Positions 54,007-63,948 of a stretch of DNA of 64,000 nucleotides are shown piece by piece (position 1 is the stretch's first letter; each line of letters starts with the position of its first letter). Under the pieces are notes generated by a model. The model had not been told where the DNA came from and did no database searches. It saw only the letters and a program-made list of their open reading frames with translations. The DNA is taken from IMG/VR virus record IMGVR_UViG_3300021399_000101, positions 129,630-193,629 of that record, one strand, 5' to 3'. The position numbers were made by a program, and so were the translations under genes. The stretch is from a virus (lineage: Duplodnaviria > Heunggongvirae > Uroviricota > Caudoviricetes).

Positions 54007-55128
54007 ATGGTCACATCTAGTGAATTTGATGAGGTACTAGTCCCAGTGGATTATCAAAACAATGTTCTTATGAGGACGTTTGATACTCTCATTGGTTTTA
54101 ATAAAAAAAACAAAAAAGGAAAATTTATGAAAGCTATAAAAGAAGAATGGGAAAATGGACACTGGGTTGAAAAGACTGAGGCCCAAAAAAGGTCTGAAGC
54201 CAGAAGTAAAGAAATTCAGGACAAGATTAAAAATGGCACCATTAAAGTTATAAATCTTGATGCCAAGAAATCAAAGTCAAAACCCGCCGTTACTGCAACT
54301 GCAAAAAAACAGAAGACAGCCGAAGAAAAGGCAAAAGAAAACGAACTTTATAAAGGCCACCTCATAAATAAAGTCGGTAAGACAAATGCTCAGATTCAGA
54401 AAGAGCTTAGAGATAGGATTAATGGCAAAGTAAGAGACGAATTCAAAGAGCCTGGTGATACACATTATACCATAAAAGAACTTGTAAGTATTGTTTATCC
54501 GCGCAGCGAAAAAACAAGGAAAGCTTTCCCTTCAGAGAAAACCTTTAGAGATGCTCTTCTTGCAGACGAAGCTTTAAGAAAATCTTGGGATGAAAAAGTA
54601 ATCAAGGTTAAAGGCCATAAACCTGAAAAGAAAACTCGCAAAGTCACAACCGCTGCCGAAAAAGCAAAAGCCGCAGAACTTGAGACAGATATCTATAAGA
54701 TTACTGATTGGTTCTGGAACAACAGAAAAGATAGAACATTTATAGAAACACTTGGCAACGATGTAAAGTCTTGGCAGCAAACATTCAGACGCATCAAGAA
54801 TGATGAAAGAGGCCTTAAATATTTTGCAAATCTTATGGACCTCGCTGGATACAAGAAAGAAAAAGAGAAGCCGTTCGTTTCTAAGGTCACAGTAATAAAG
54901 AAGAAGAACGATGCTCCAGCTGAATCTGAAAAAGAAGGCGAAGCCGCTAAAGATTTTGAAGGAAAAGATTCTGATGCAGTATGGGATGCTGTAAAAAGTT
55001 TCTTCACGTCTTGGGCAAAAGAATGCGGCTATAAGCTTACGCCCGAAGCGTTAAAGAAATTTAAAGAAAACGTTTATAAAACAATTGTATATTATAATAC
55101 AATGCACATTCTTAAAGGCGATAAGTAA
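54007..55128 (+). CDS. Lys-rich hypothetical protein
   Basis: 373 aa ORF; alternative start at 54127 after AAGGA. Confidence 0.7.
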   Translation: MVTSSEFDEVLVPVDYQNNVLMRTFDTLIGFNKKNKKGKFMKAIKEEWENGHWVEKTEAQKRSEARSKEIQDKIKNGTIKVINLDAKKSKSKPAVTATAKKQKTAEEKAKENELYKGHLINKVGKTNAQIQKELRDRINGKVRDEFKEPGDTHYTIKELVSIVYPRSEKTRKAFPSEKTFRDALLADEALRKSWDEKVIKVKGHKPEKKTRKVTTAAEKAKAAELETDIYKITDWFWNNRKDRTFIETLGNDVKSWQQTFRRIKNDERGLKYFANLMDLAGYKKEKEKPFVSKVTVIKKKNDAPAESEKEGEAAKDFEGKDSDAVWDAVKSFFTSWAKECGYKLTPEALKKFKENVYKTIVYYNTMHILKGDK

Positions 55129-55212
55129 TTTAAATAAACAAAAAAAAGGCCACTAATTTTTTAGTGGTCTTTTTTTATACGTGTATGGAAAAGTTCTTTA
55201 AAGAACTAAATT

Positions 55213-55656
55213 TTATTTACCTGTAGAGCCGAACCCTCCCTGCCCTCTATCAGAATCATCAAGAGAATCAACTTTAAAGAAAGCAGCTTCATAAGAAGGA
55301 GTAAATATCAACTGAGCAATTCTATCTCCCTTATGTACTTCATAATCTTCTCCACTAAGATTTACAAGAATGACTTTCACTTCGTTTCTGTAATTGGAGT
55401 CTATGGTTCCCGGAGTGTTGAGAACTGTTATTCCGCTTTTAAGAGCCAAACCGCTTCTAGGCACAACTTGAATGTACCAACCAGAGTCAGGCTGAAAATA
55501 AAGACCCGTGCCAACTGCTGCTCTCTCTCCATTACGAATAGTCACATTCTCATTGGCGTAAACATCATAACCAGCGTCATCCGGATGCTTTTTCTCAGGA
55601 ACACGAGCACCTTCTGCTAAAACATAATTACAAATACAAACATCTTTATGCATCAT
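55213..55656 (-). CDS. dut: dUTPase
   Basis: AGYDV, RSGLA, GTIDSNYR, RIAQL, RGQGGFGSTG motifs. Confidence 0.95.
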   Translation of the reverse strand: MMHKDVCICNYVLAEGARVPEKKHPDDAGYDVYANENVTIRNGERAAVGTGLYFQPDSGWYIQVVPRSGLALKSGITVLNTPGTIDSNYRNEVKVILVNLSGEDYEVHKGDRIAQLIFTPSYEAAFFKVDSLDDSDRGQGGFGSTGK

Positions 55657-55814
55657 TTTTTAATTTCCTCCACTGATTCAATCTGATAATCACCATCAAA
55701 GTTGAAAATATCAAGGCTATCCATCGCTATATCGTATGCTTCTTGTTCGCTATCAGCCTCGATATCTTTCTCAGCATAAGCTTCGTAATTTATTCCAATT
55801 CTATAAACTGCCAT
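55653..55814 (-). CDS. small acidic hypothetical protein (53 aa)
   Basis: MAVYRIGINYEAYAE...; GAGG RBS; stop overlaps the dut start. Confidence 0.6.
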   Translation of the reverse strand: MAVYRIGINYEAYAEKDIEADSEQEAYDIAMDSLDIFNFDGDYQIESVEEIKK

Positions 55815-56318
55815 TTATTTTTCCTCTGTACTTGAAACAGTATGACATTCTTGCGGTTTATAATCTCCTGAAGTGTTAGTATTAATAGTGTTTGGGCTTG
55901 GCTGCCAGTTCCACTCAGGTGGATATATTCCCCACCAAGCAAACGGATATGGTCTATAATCATCTGGGAGGGGATTATGTGGAGTGTCGCCAATTTGAGG
56001 TCCCGGAGGCCAATCTCCAACCTGCGGATAACCCGGATATGGATAATAAGGGGCTGCCGTTCTACGCTTCGGCCAATAAGACATGTCCAAATCAACATCC
56101 TCACTAGATTTACGCTGATTATATTTTCTTAAAATATCATCAAGAGATTCATAAATTTTTTCTTCTATAATATTATGATTATCTTTTTCACCACTTTTTT
56201 CTTTCTCAAGTTCAATAATTCTTTTTTTAAGCTCTCTATTCTCATTAGCAAGCGAATCAATTTCGCGCTTTAATGATTTTATTCTATCTACATTAATCAA
56301 TTTATATTTAGATGTCAT
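55815..56318 (-). CDS. hypothetical protein (coiled coil plus Pro/Tyr-rich tail)
   Basis: 167 aa ORF coupled to the helicase. Confidence 0.6.
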   Translation of the reverse strand: MTSKYKLINVDRIKSLKREIDSLANENRELKKRIIELEKEKSGEKDNHNIIEEKIYESLDDILRKYNQRKSSEDVDLDMSYWPKRRTAAPYYPYPGYPQVGDWPPGPQIGDTPHNPLPDDYRPYPFAWWGIYPPEWNWQPSPNTINTNTSGDYKPQECHTVSSTEEK

Positions 56319-57664
56319 TTCTTATTGACTCCTTTTACTTCTTCAAATCTGCAAGTTTCAAGAACCTGCAAAGTCATGACCTGCCCTTTTGGATTGTCTC
56401 TGTTCTTGGCAACATAACAAAGCAATTGCCCTTTTTCACGGCGTTCCTTATCTCTACTTAAAGTGATAATAAAATCGGCAGTATGCTCAATTTCAAGAGA
56501 ATTGGCAATACCATCAGTTGCGATAATTTCTTTAGTATCTCCCTTCTCACCTTTGATACTATCTCTATTCATCTGAATTCCACTAATCACAACACAATTA
56601 AGTGATTGAGCCATGGCTCTTAAATCAACCGCTATAGCGCCATCATGAACGTAAGTATTTTCTTTAGAAATTTTCTTATCATTTGGACAACATATGCTCA
56701 AATAATCTACAAAAACTTCATCATACTCTTCACCAAGATTCTTCTTTAAATCAAGAATAAAAGTTTCAAGTTTATTGCAGTTCATTGAACCAGTCTGAAA
56801 TTCTTTTATTCTTAAGTTGCCCGGAGCAATCGCTACCGTTTTGCCGAACTCTTCTTCAAGCTCGGCGCTATCATTCTCAGTTAATTCATAAGAAATTCTC
56901 GCAGTTGTTGTATTAAGAAGATTCGCCAAGATTCTTGAAACTATTCTTGATGTTGATGTTTCCATTGAGAGATATAAAACTCTCTTGCCAGCCAAATAAC
57001 CATTAATAGCGAGATTAACCATAAGCATTGTTTTACCAATACCAGAGTTGGCGCCAACAAGATTAAGAGTTTTTCTTCTGAAACCACCATTTAGCACATT
57101 TTCAGAATCCAACATATCATAACCGGTCGGGATAGCTTCCGAAGTATCTGCGGTTTCTTTTAACACTTCTTTTACTTGTTTCCAATCCTTAATAGAAACA
57201 CCATAATCAGTATCAAAAGAAACTTGCGTTGACTTCTGCAATTTCTCAATTACAGAATCATAATCTTTGTTTTCTAAGTCTTTCTGAGCCTCTGTCAAAG
57301 CTTCAATAAATTTTTTGTCCTTAACAAATTTTAAAGCTTCGTCTTCAATAAGTTGCCAACTTATTTCATCATCAAATTGAAAAACATCATGAACAATATC
57401 GAGAATTTCCTGTCTCTGCTCTTCATTTTTGAAAATATTAGAGACAAGAAACTCAATATCTTTTAAAGAGGCAAGCCTGTTTGTTTTTAAATATACATAA
57501 TAACATAAATTGAAAAATGTCTGAGCATGACGATTATCAAAATAGCTTCTTCTTGTCAGCTCTTTAACATCTTCTGTATATAAATATTCTCCAATCTTCA
57601 GCAAAAAAGTTTCACTTTTTGTTATTAAGATTAGAATGTAAAATTCAATATTTGAATTATCCAT
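56315..57664 (-). CDS. DnaB/gp41-like replicative helicase
   Basis: GANSGIGKT Walker A, LYLSME, VFVDYL, Q.NR, AKNRD. Confidence 0.92.
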   Translation of the reverse strand: MDNSNIEFYILILITKSETFLLKIGEYLYTEDVKELTRRSYFDNRHAQTFFNLCYYVYLKTNRLASLKDIEFLVSNIFKNEEQRQEILDIVHDVFQFDDEISWQLIEDEALKFVKDKKFIEALTEAQKDLENKDYDSVIEKLQKSTQVSFDTDYGVSIKDWKQVKEVLKETADTSEAIPTGYDMLDSENVLNGGFRRKTLNLVGANSGIGKTMLMVNLAINGYLAGKRVLYLSMETSTSRIVSRILANLLNTTTARISYELTENDSAELEEEFGKTVAIAPGNLRIKEFQTGSMNCNKLETFILDLKKNLGEEYDEVFVDYLSICCPNDKKISKENTYVHDGAIAVDLRAMAQSLNCVVISGIQMNRDSIKGEKGDTKEIIATDGIANSLEIEHTADFIITLSRDKERREKGQLLCYVAKNRDNPKGQVMTLQVLETCRFEEVKGVNKK

Positions 57665-57761
57665 TCAAAGTTCCTTTCCAATACTTTTCCACACTTCAAT
57701 TATAAAAAAAATAAGATTTTTTGTCAATAAAAAAGCGAGGTATAAATCCTCGCTTTTTAAG

Positions 57762-58331
57762 TTATAAGCCTAGCTGCTTTTTCCAGAACGGGTCTTCCAA
57801 TTTTAAAAGCTTTGACCTCTCAAGTATTTTGAGCAAATCGTCTTTACTGCCAGGCTCAAGATACTGCCACCTAATTGGCTCAGTCATTAGATAAGGCAAG
57901 GTCTCATTTTTATTAACCCATCTTTTTGACACTTTAGATTTACCAACCATAATAGAAGAAATATCGGCATACGTATTCTTATGTTTGTTATAAAATTTCC
58001 ATAATGCCCTATTAAGAAGTCTTACCCTTATGTTTCCATTATTCATAGCCATATGAATAAGTTCATGAGTAAGGAAAGCCATCTGCTCCTGTATTGGTAA
58101 TGCATAAAAAGCATGAGTATTAAGAACTATTTTTTTATTTGGATATGTCATTGCAATGACATCATCTTTTCTGTTCTTCTCTACAATATTTATTTTTTTA
58201 TAAATATTCTCAAGCTCTTTAGCAAAATTGGCAGTAAATACTTTATTTAAAAAAATAATTAATCTTGTTTCAAGCGTATCTTTTTCTTCACTAGATAAAA
58301 CGCTAGATGTTATATATTCATTAAGTGTCAT
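57762..58331 (-). CDS. HExxH zinc-metalloprotease-like protein
   Basis: FLTHELIH; AAGATAAT upstream; MTLNEYI start. Confidence 0.6.
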   Translation of the reverse strand: MTLNEYITSSVLSSEEKDTLETRLIIFLNKVFTANFAKELENIYKKINIVEKNRKDDVIAMTYPNKKIVLNTHAFYALPIQEQMAFLTHELIHMAMNNGNIRVRLLNRALWKFYNKHKNTYADISSIMVGKSKVSKRWVNKNETLPYLMTEPIRWQYLEPGSKDDLLKILERSKLLKLEDPFWKKQLGL

Positions 58332-58373
58332 GTAATTATCTTAAAAAAAGGCCTCCAATTTGGAGGCCCACGC

Positions 58374-58721
58374 TTACTTAGTTGCCTGAGCTGCCTTCTT
58401 AAGGCCGTGCTTCTCAATCAAGTAGCAAACTACTCCGCCAACTGCCACGAAAGCAGCAACAATGGCGGGCCAAAGCTGATTAGCGAGCAAAGCTGCACCA
58501 AGCAATGCTGTTGTTACAAGCATACATCCATAAACTGCCCACATAAGAGGTGTACACTTATGGTCTTCAATGAAGTCCATATAGAATACGTCACAGGTGT
58601 ATGTGAAACCAACTGCTAAAACCAATGTAGCAAGAACATCCTTAGGATTTACGCCAAAACAAAGATGCTCAAGAATTGTAAGTATGATAGCAGTAACGAC
58701 ACAAAGAATTTTCTTTACCAT
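58374..58721 (-). CDS. four-TM membrane protein
   Basis: Four hydrophobic segments; GAGGAG RBS. Confidence 0.7.
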   Translation of the reverse strand: MVKKILCVVTAIILTILEHLCFGVNPKDVLATLVLAVGFTYTCDVFYMDFIEDHKCTPLMWAVYGCMLVTTALLGAALLANQLWPAIVAAFVAVGGVVCYLIEKHGLKKAAQATK

Positions 58722-59201
58722 TTATTTCTCCTCGAAGAAAAAATTATCTTCTTTTCTAAGTAAATCGTTCAACATATAAAAATACATTCCGTCATGCTCA
58801 AAAACATAATTATCCGTTTTCTCAGAAATACCGACAAAATGCTTATGATTATTTATTTTAACAACAAGCATAGGAAGCTTATGTGCAAATGCGGCATCTT
58901 CCTTACATTGCTTCATCCAAGCATGTAAGTCACTAGATTCATTAAATAAATCCCAAAAGGAAATGCTTGCATAACATTTGCTCTCAACTGAAAATTTAAA
59001 ATCAGAAGGGCAAATTATGTCTCCCGAAAGTACTTCTTTTACGTTATCTTCGACGGCTGAATATTTTTGCTTATTAGTCTGACCGAACCTAGCACCAGAC
59101 GCTGGAACACGCATCCATTCTTTATCAGGCCATCTTTCTTTTAATATTTTACACAAAGCCCTTTCAGCAGTAGAGCCCTTGTTTTTAGAATTAATGCTCA
59201 T
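58722..59201 (-). CDS. Holliday junction resolvase (PD-(D/E)XK, Hjc-like)
   Basis: SKNKG...ER, RVPASGA, GDII, SVESK. Confidence 0.8.
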   Translation of the reverse strand: MSINSKNKGSTAERALCKILKERWPDKEWMRVPASGARFGQTNKQKYSAVEDNVKEVLSGDIICPSDFKFSVESKCYASISFWDLFNESSDLHAWMKQCKEDAAFAHKLPMLVVKINNHKHFVGISEKTDNYVFEHDGMYFYMLNDLLRKEDNFFFEEK

Positions 59202-59216
59202 AAAAATATATAAGAC

Positions 59217-59762
59217 TTATTCTTCTTTAGGAAGTGGCTTACAATAAGAACCATCAGTTCTACCTGTTTTTCCATTAAGCATATCGACAAGATTTTGAAA
59301 AACAAACGCTCTTAAACCGGACATAATCCTGTAATTTTTCTTAAGAACAAGCTTGTCGTCCTTGTCTATATCTATAGTGTAATAAACAGTATTTATTTTC
59401 TTATAACGCTTAAGACAATAAACTCCTTCATAAGAAAGAGAACGTTCGTAAACAGTTGCTTTCTTGCCTGTTCCAAAGAACTCAGGATTAATAACCATAA
59501 TCCACTGGTCTTCTTTATCAAGCATGGCGAACGCTCTTTTATTTATGCCAATCTGAGGCAGAGACAATCCAATTCCTCCCCTAGCATGAGCGAACTTAAC
59601 CATTTCTTGAGCAAGAGCATATATCTCCTCCAAATCAGAACTTGATACCTCAACAGCATTCTTACCCTCAAACTCAGATGGATCTACGAGTTTCATTTCT
59701 TTTTCTTTAGACTCTTCTACAACAAGCGGTTTTTCCTCTGAAAGATTGTTTACTTTATCCAT
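59217..59762 (-). CDS. peptide deformylase homologue lacking catalytic residues
   Basis: GIGLSLPQIG retained; EGCLS replaced by ERSLS; QHEIDHL replaced by QNLVDML. Confidence 0.8.
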   Translation of the reverse strand: MDKVNNLSEEKPLVVEESKEKEMKLVDPSEFEGKNAVEVSSSDLEEIYALAQEMVKFAHARGGIGLSLPQIGINKRAFAMLDKEDQWIMVINPEFFGTGKKATVYERSLSYEGVYCLKRYKKINTVYYTIDIDKDDKLVLKKNYRIMSGLRAFVFQNLVDMLNGKTGRTDGSYCKPLPKEE

Positions 59763-61686
59763 TAATAACCCTCAAAAATTCTTCTTCATTAATAACAGGT
59801 ATTCCGAGTTGCCTTGCCTTTACATTTTTAGAACTTCCACTATTTGGATTATCCGTAACCAAATAATCAACGTTCTTACTTACTGATGAAGCAAGCTTTC
59901 CGCCTTTGGAAATTATAAGTTCTTCAAATTCTTTTCTTGGCCTTGAAAGAGCACCGGTTATGCAGAAAGTTTTTGCTTTTTGCGTTTCTGTATAATGTTC
60001 AGCAGCAGTTTTCTTTAAGAGATTATCAAAATCAATATTTAAACCAACTCTGTTTGTAGCCAAGACAGCATCCATTTCATCAGAAAGATAAGCCATTTGC
60101 TCAACAAAAAGCTTTGCTCTATGCTCTCCGATACCCTGAATATTAACAAGCTCTTCATAATTAACTTTACGAAGTTTTTCTAGGGTATTATAACCTGCGT
60201 CTACAATTGTTTTTATTACTCTAGAACCAAGTCCGTCCAAATCAAATCCTGCTACAAAATCCCAAAGACTAATATTTCTTGAACGCGCCCATAAGTCAGC
60301 GAAAGCTTTTTGAACATTTTTCTTTGAATTGGTATGTTCAATTGCATAATTGACATTATCATTGCAGTAAAAATCTCTGATGCTTTCCATATGACAATCA
60401 AATATTAAGTAATTGAGCATTGACTCTCCAAATCCAAGAGCACCTATAGTATCAATCCATTTGTAAATTTTATGTTCTCTGTGGGTTACACAAGCTTCGT
60501 TTACGCACCTAATATTAGCGTCCGTAATTTCAAGAGGTTCACCGCAAAATGGGCAAACGCTAGGAGGATTTATTTCTTCAGATATACCAACTACAAATCC
60601 TGTCATACTTTCAACATGAGGAATTATTTCCCCGCGTTTAGATATTTTTACAGTACATGGTTTAAGTATGCCAAGCCGTTTAATTTCGCCCATATTAGCC
60701 AAACTCGCTCTTGAAACTGTAGTATCATTTAGTTTAACAGGTTCAAGAATAGCTACGGGAGTAAAATTAAAGCCATTCCTTGAAAATTCAACATCAACAA
60801 GCTTAGTTATTGCCTTATCTACAGGGTACTTGAAAGCACGTTGCCAATCAGGCCTGGCCTTAGAAAAATCTCCGTCCTGAGGTATTTCATTCTGTTTTAA
60901 TACAATACCATCAGTCTGATAATTAAGAGTTTTTCTTTCTTCACCTATTTGATTAATAAACTCAATTATTTCGTTTATTGTAAGGCAAAGTTTATTATAC
61001 TGAGGCGTTATAAACCCACATTCTCTAAGAATCTGAATCTTCGCAATTTCAAAAAACGCGCCTTCATCAGATATATCATAGCAAACAACATCAAGAAGAT
61101 TTAAATTATCGTCACTGTTCTTTTGATTGGCTATCCCACTAGCCATGTTTCTAACATTGGTTATATCCGAAACATTAACGAGTTTATCCACATTTGACAA
61201 CGGAAGCATTATCTCGCCCCTAATCGCATACTCATCGCACTCGCTAACAAAAGCATTTACATTGATGTTTTTCGGAACCCCGTTCATTTTAGAAGCGTTT
61301 TCGGTTATAATCTTGCCAACAGTGCCGTCTCCACGAGTAACTGCTCTCTTAAAATTACCATGCTTATCATAAACAAGTTCTACAGAAAGACCATCATATT
61401 TAAGCTGGGCAATTATAGGGAATTTGATTTTCTTCAAGCGAATCCAATCTTTAAGCTGCTCTTCAGTGGTTATTTTTTCTTGGCTTCCCATATTTATAAT
61501 ATGCTTACACTTGTTGCCGTCAATTTCACCTTCACTACCGACTTTTTTAAGCAGCTCTGAATCTGGATAATTAACTGCGAGCTCGTCCCAAAGTTGGTCG
61601 AACTCCCAATCTTCAATCTCCGGCATGCCGCTATAATATAAATGCTGATGATGTATAATTAAATTTTCAAGTTCTTTCTGCGTCAT
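59755..61686 (-). CDS. ligA: NAD+-dependent DNA ligase
   Basis: KYDG adenylation motif, TRGDG, DGIVLK, RAFKY, Zn finger, HhH and C-terminal BRCT. Confidence 0.95.
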   Translation of the reverse strand: MTQKELENLIIHHQHLYYSGMPEIEDWEFDQLWDELAVNYPDSELLKKVGSEGEIDGNKCKHIINMGSQEKITTEEQLKDWIRLKKIKFPIIAQLKYDGLSVELVYDKHGNFKRAVTRGDGTVGKIITENASKMNGVPKNINVNAFVSECDEYAIRGEIMLPLSNVDKLVNVSDITNVRNMASGIANQKNSDDNLNLLDVVCYDISDEGAFFEIAKIQILRECGFITPQYNKLCLTINEIIEFINQIGEERKTLNYQTDGIVLKQNEIPQDGDFSKARPDWQRAFKYPVDKAITKLVDVEFSRNGFNFTPVAILEPVKLNDTTVSRASLANMGEIKRLGILKPCTVKISKRGEIIPHVESMTGFVVGISEEINPPSVCPFCGEPLEITDANIRCVNEACVTHREHKIYKWIDTIGALGFGESMLNYLIFDCHMESIRDFYCNDNVNYAIEHTNSKKNVQKAFADLWARSRNISLWDFVAGFDLDGLGSRVIKTIVDAGYNTLEKLRKVNYEELVNIQGIGEHRAKLFVEQMAYLSDEMDAVLATNRVGLNIDFDNLLKKTAAEHYTETQKAKTFCITGALSRPRKEFEELIISKGGKLASSVSKNVDYLVTDNPNSGSSKNVKARQLGIPVINEEEFLRVING

Positions 61687-61877
61687 AGTAAAATTTTCTT
61701 AATAAATCCTTTAAGCTCTACTCTAAATTTTTCATTATGAATTACTGCTTCATATGTAGCGTTCATAAAATCTTCAGCAGTAACATAACTATTACCTTCA
61801 TCATCTACCTTTTTGTAACCAACAGGTATCCTAACATCTCTTAAGCTTTCAAAAATTGATTTTGTTCCTTCACTCAT
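61683..61877 (-). CDS. small hypothetical protein
   Basis: 64 aa ORF coupled within the replication operon. Confidence 0.55.
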   Translation of the reverse strand: MSEGTKSIFESLRDVRIPVGYKKVDDEGNSYVTAEDFMNATYEAVIHNEKFRVELKGFIKKILL

Positions 61878-61880
61878 TTT

Positions 61881-62882
61881 TTATAACCTCATAATATCAA
61901 ACATTATTCTATTTTTATTAAATGCTTCGCATTCTTCAATCCGTATAGAACTTTCACCTGTCTTTTGTTTATACTCGTTAAAATCTTTATAATTTCCGGG
62001 GATATTATATGTATAGAATTTTATATTTTTTGAAAGTTTTTTAAACTTATTCAGTAAATCATAGTTTGCTATCAAATTAGTTAGAATCAGCTTCCTTGTT
62101 TCTATTTTTTCATCTTTATCCGGAACGAATATGATGTTTTTAAGCGAGGAAATCCCCATTATTTTTTTCGCCTGTCCTTCTTTTAGTTTATTTGAAAGAA
62201 TTGCAGTACCGGGATAATTACTTAAAGACATTGCATCAAAAGCCCCTTCGAATATAACAACTGTGTCATCTATATTATCGTAATTAAATACCACATCTGC
62301 ACTTAGCCCAGGAGGGTTCTTATATCTTAGCTCACTTCCAATATAACTTCTTGCCAAGAAATAAACCAACTCGCCATTTTCATAGAAAGGAATGAATATT
62401 CTTCCACTATATTCAGGGTCGCTTCTAGGAAAATAACCTAAGCCATTTGGAGATATTTTTCTTTGCTGCAAATATCTGATAGCCTCTTCGCCATCGTTAT
62501 CAAGCTCACTTACCTCATCAAACATAATTGGATGAACATCTAACGGCTCTTTTTCTTCCTCTTCAGGTTCGTCAGGTTGCTCTTGATTTATTGCAGCAAT
62601 AATATCTCTAATATCAATATTCTTAGTAACTACAGTTGTAAAATCACTATCTAAAAGTTTACACGCATCATTATACGAAATATTTAAATACTGTGCAACA
62701 AATGAAGGAAAAGTACCGCCAATTCCTTCATGAAAATCATACCATTTCCCAGTATCACAATTTACATATAGTCTTTTACCCCTATCTGCAAAGAATGGGC
62801 TTGAGAAAATGTACTCACGCCCATTCAAATCATATCCTGGAAAATACTCATCTAAAAAGTTTTTAACTGTTTCCCTGTTCAT
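61881..62882 (-). CDS. DNA primase (T4 gp61-like)
   Basis: YL..R, RIFIPF, RYKNP, TOPRIM VIFEGAFDA and PDKD. Confidence 0.88.
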   Translation of the reverse strand: MNRETVKNFLDEYFPGYDLNGREYIFSSPFFADRGKRLYVNCDTGKWYDFHEGIGGTFPSFVAQYLNISYNDACKLLDSDFTTVVTKNIDIRDIIAAINQEQPDEPEEEEKEPLDVHPIMFDEVSELDNDGEEAIRYLQQRKISPNGLGYFPRSDPEYSGRIFIPFYENGELVYFLARSYIGSELRYKNPPGLSADVVFNYDNIDDTVVIFEGAFDAMSLSNYPGTAILSNKLKEGQAKKIMGISSLKNIIFVPDKDEKIETRKLILTNLIANYDLLNKFKKLSKNIKFYTYNIPGNYKDFNEYKQKTGESSIRIEECEAFNKNRIMFDIMRL

Positions 62883-63123
62883 CTTTCTGCTCTTCCGGAG
62901 TCAATAGCACTCTCTTACCGGAAGCGATATCGAAAAGACCAGTATTAAAAACCACTATGTTTCCGGTATAATCCCCAAGCTTAGCATCTGCTATAATATC
63001 AATATCAAGAGCGACCCTAATATCTTTATTAAGTGGAGCTGAAACCACAGGAACATCATCGGCCATATCTTTTATAGCATTTCTTAAATCGCCAACACTA
63101 TAATACTTTAATTTTTCAGCCAT
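62863..63123 (-). CDS. hypothetical protein
   Basis: 86 aa ORF, AAAGG RBS. Confidence 0.65.
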   Translation of the reverse strand: MAEKLKYYSVGDLRNAIKDMADDVPVVSAPLNKDIRVALDIDIIADAKLGDYTGNIVVFNTGLFDIASGKRVLLTPEEQKDEQGNS

Positions 63124-63138
63124 TTCGCCTTTTCCTTT

Positions 63139-63948
63139 TCAAATATAGCATTTTTTAATTTCCTTGTCAATCTTTTTTGCAATCTCTTGGATTTCAAGCT
63201 GCGCGTGTGAGTCTGCCCTTAATTCAATAAAGTGCTGCCAATCCATATAATGGCCAGTAATATAAATTATAGTCTTTGTGCAATTAGGTAAAATGCACCT
63301 TGCGACTTCGGGAGGTAGTCCATCATCAATAAGTCCATTGTAAAGATTTTCAACATTTTGGCATTCAGCTGCCCAGTCTTCATAAGACTGAGTGTCTTCA
63401 TTGATTCTCGGTGCAATATATGTAATTTCTCCGTCATTCTTTTCGAGAGAGAAATTAACATAGCGCTGAGATTGCTGACTAAAACTAAGAACTCTATGTC
63501 TTACAATTTGGTGAGTTATATCTCTGCTGGTTATAACCTTAAAAGTGTATGACGTATGAACAATATTTATTGCAGCTGCTTCCTCTTCAGTTAAGAAAAC
63601 AACTTCTGTTTCTGTCCAGGGAAGGCCTCTTTCTTCAATAAAAAGTTCTGGGTACTTATTGTGAAATTCATAATAGATATTTTTTATGTGGTCATCAGAA
63701 TCAAGAAGATGTGTGTCAACCTTTTCCGTTAAAAAGTCTATCCATGCTCTAGCATTTCCAGACATCATTATAAAATGTTCTTCTGAGTTCTCTTCTTTTT
63801 CCAACGTAATCCAAACATGCGAATTCGTAAAGCCTTTTCTTGCAAGAAGCCACTCATAAACAAATTCTGCATCTTCAACATCCGCAGTTTCATAATATTT
63901 AATTATAATATTACTATGCTCAATCACAGAGCCATGGGCATGTTCCAT
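63139..63948 (-). CDS. thyX: flavin-dependent thymidylate synthase
   Basis: EH motif near the N-terminus; THQIVRHRVLSFSQQSQRY (RHR-X7-S); E.AR..LP. Confidence 0.9.
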   Translation of the reverse strand: MEHAHGSVIEHSNIIIKYYETADVEDAEFVYEWLLARKGFTNSHVWITLEKEENSEEHFIMMSGNARAWIDFLTEKVDTHLLDSDDHIKNIYYEFHNKYPELFIEERGLPWTETEVVFLTEEEAAAINIVHTSYTFKVITSRDITHQIVRHRVLSFSQQSQRYVNFSLEKNDGEITYIAPRINEDTQSYEDWAAECQNVENLYNGLIDDGLPPEVARCILPNCTKTIIYITGHYMDWQHFIELRADSHAQLEIQEIAKKIDKEIKKCYI

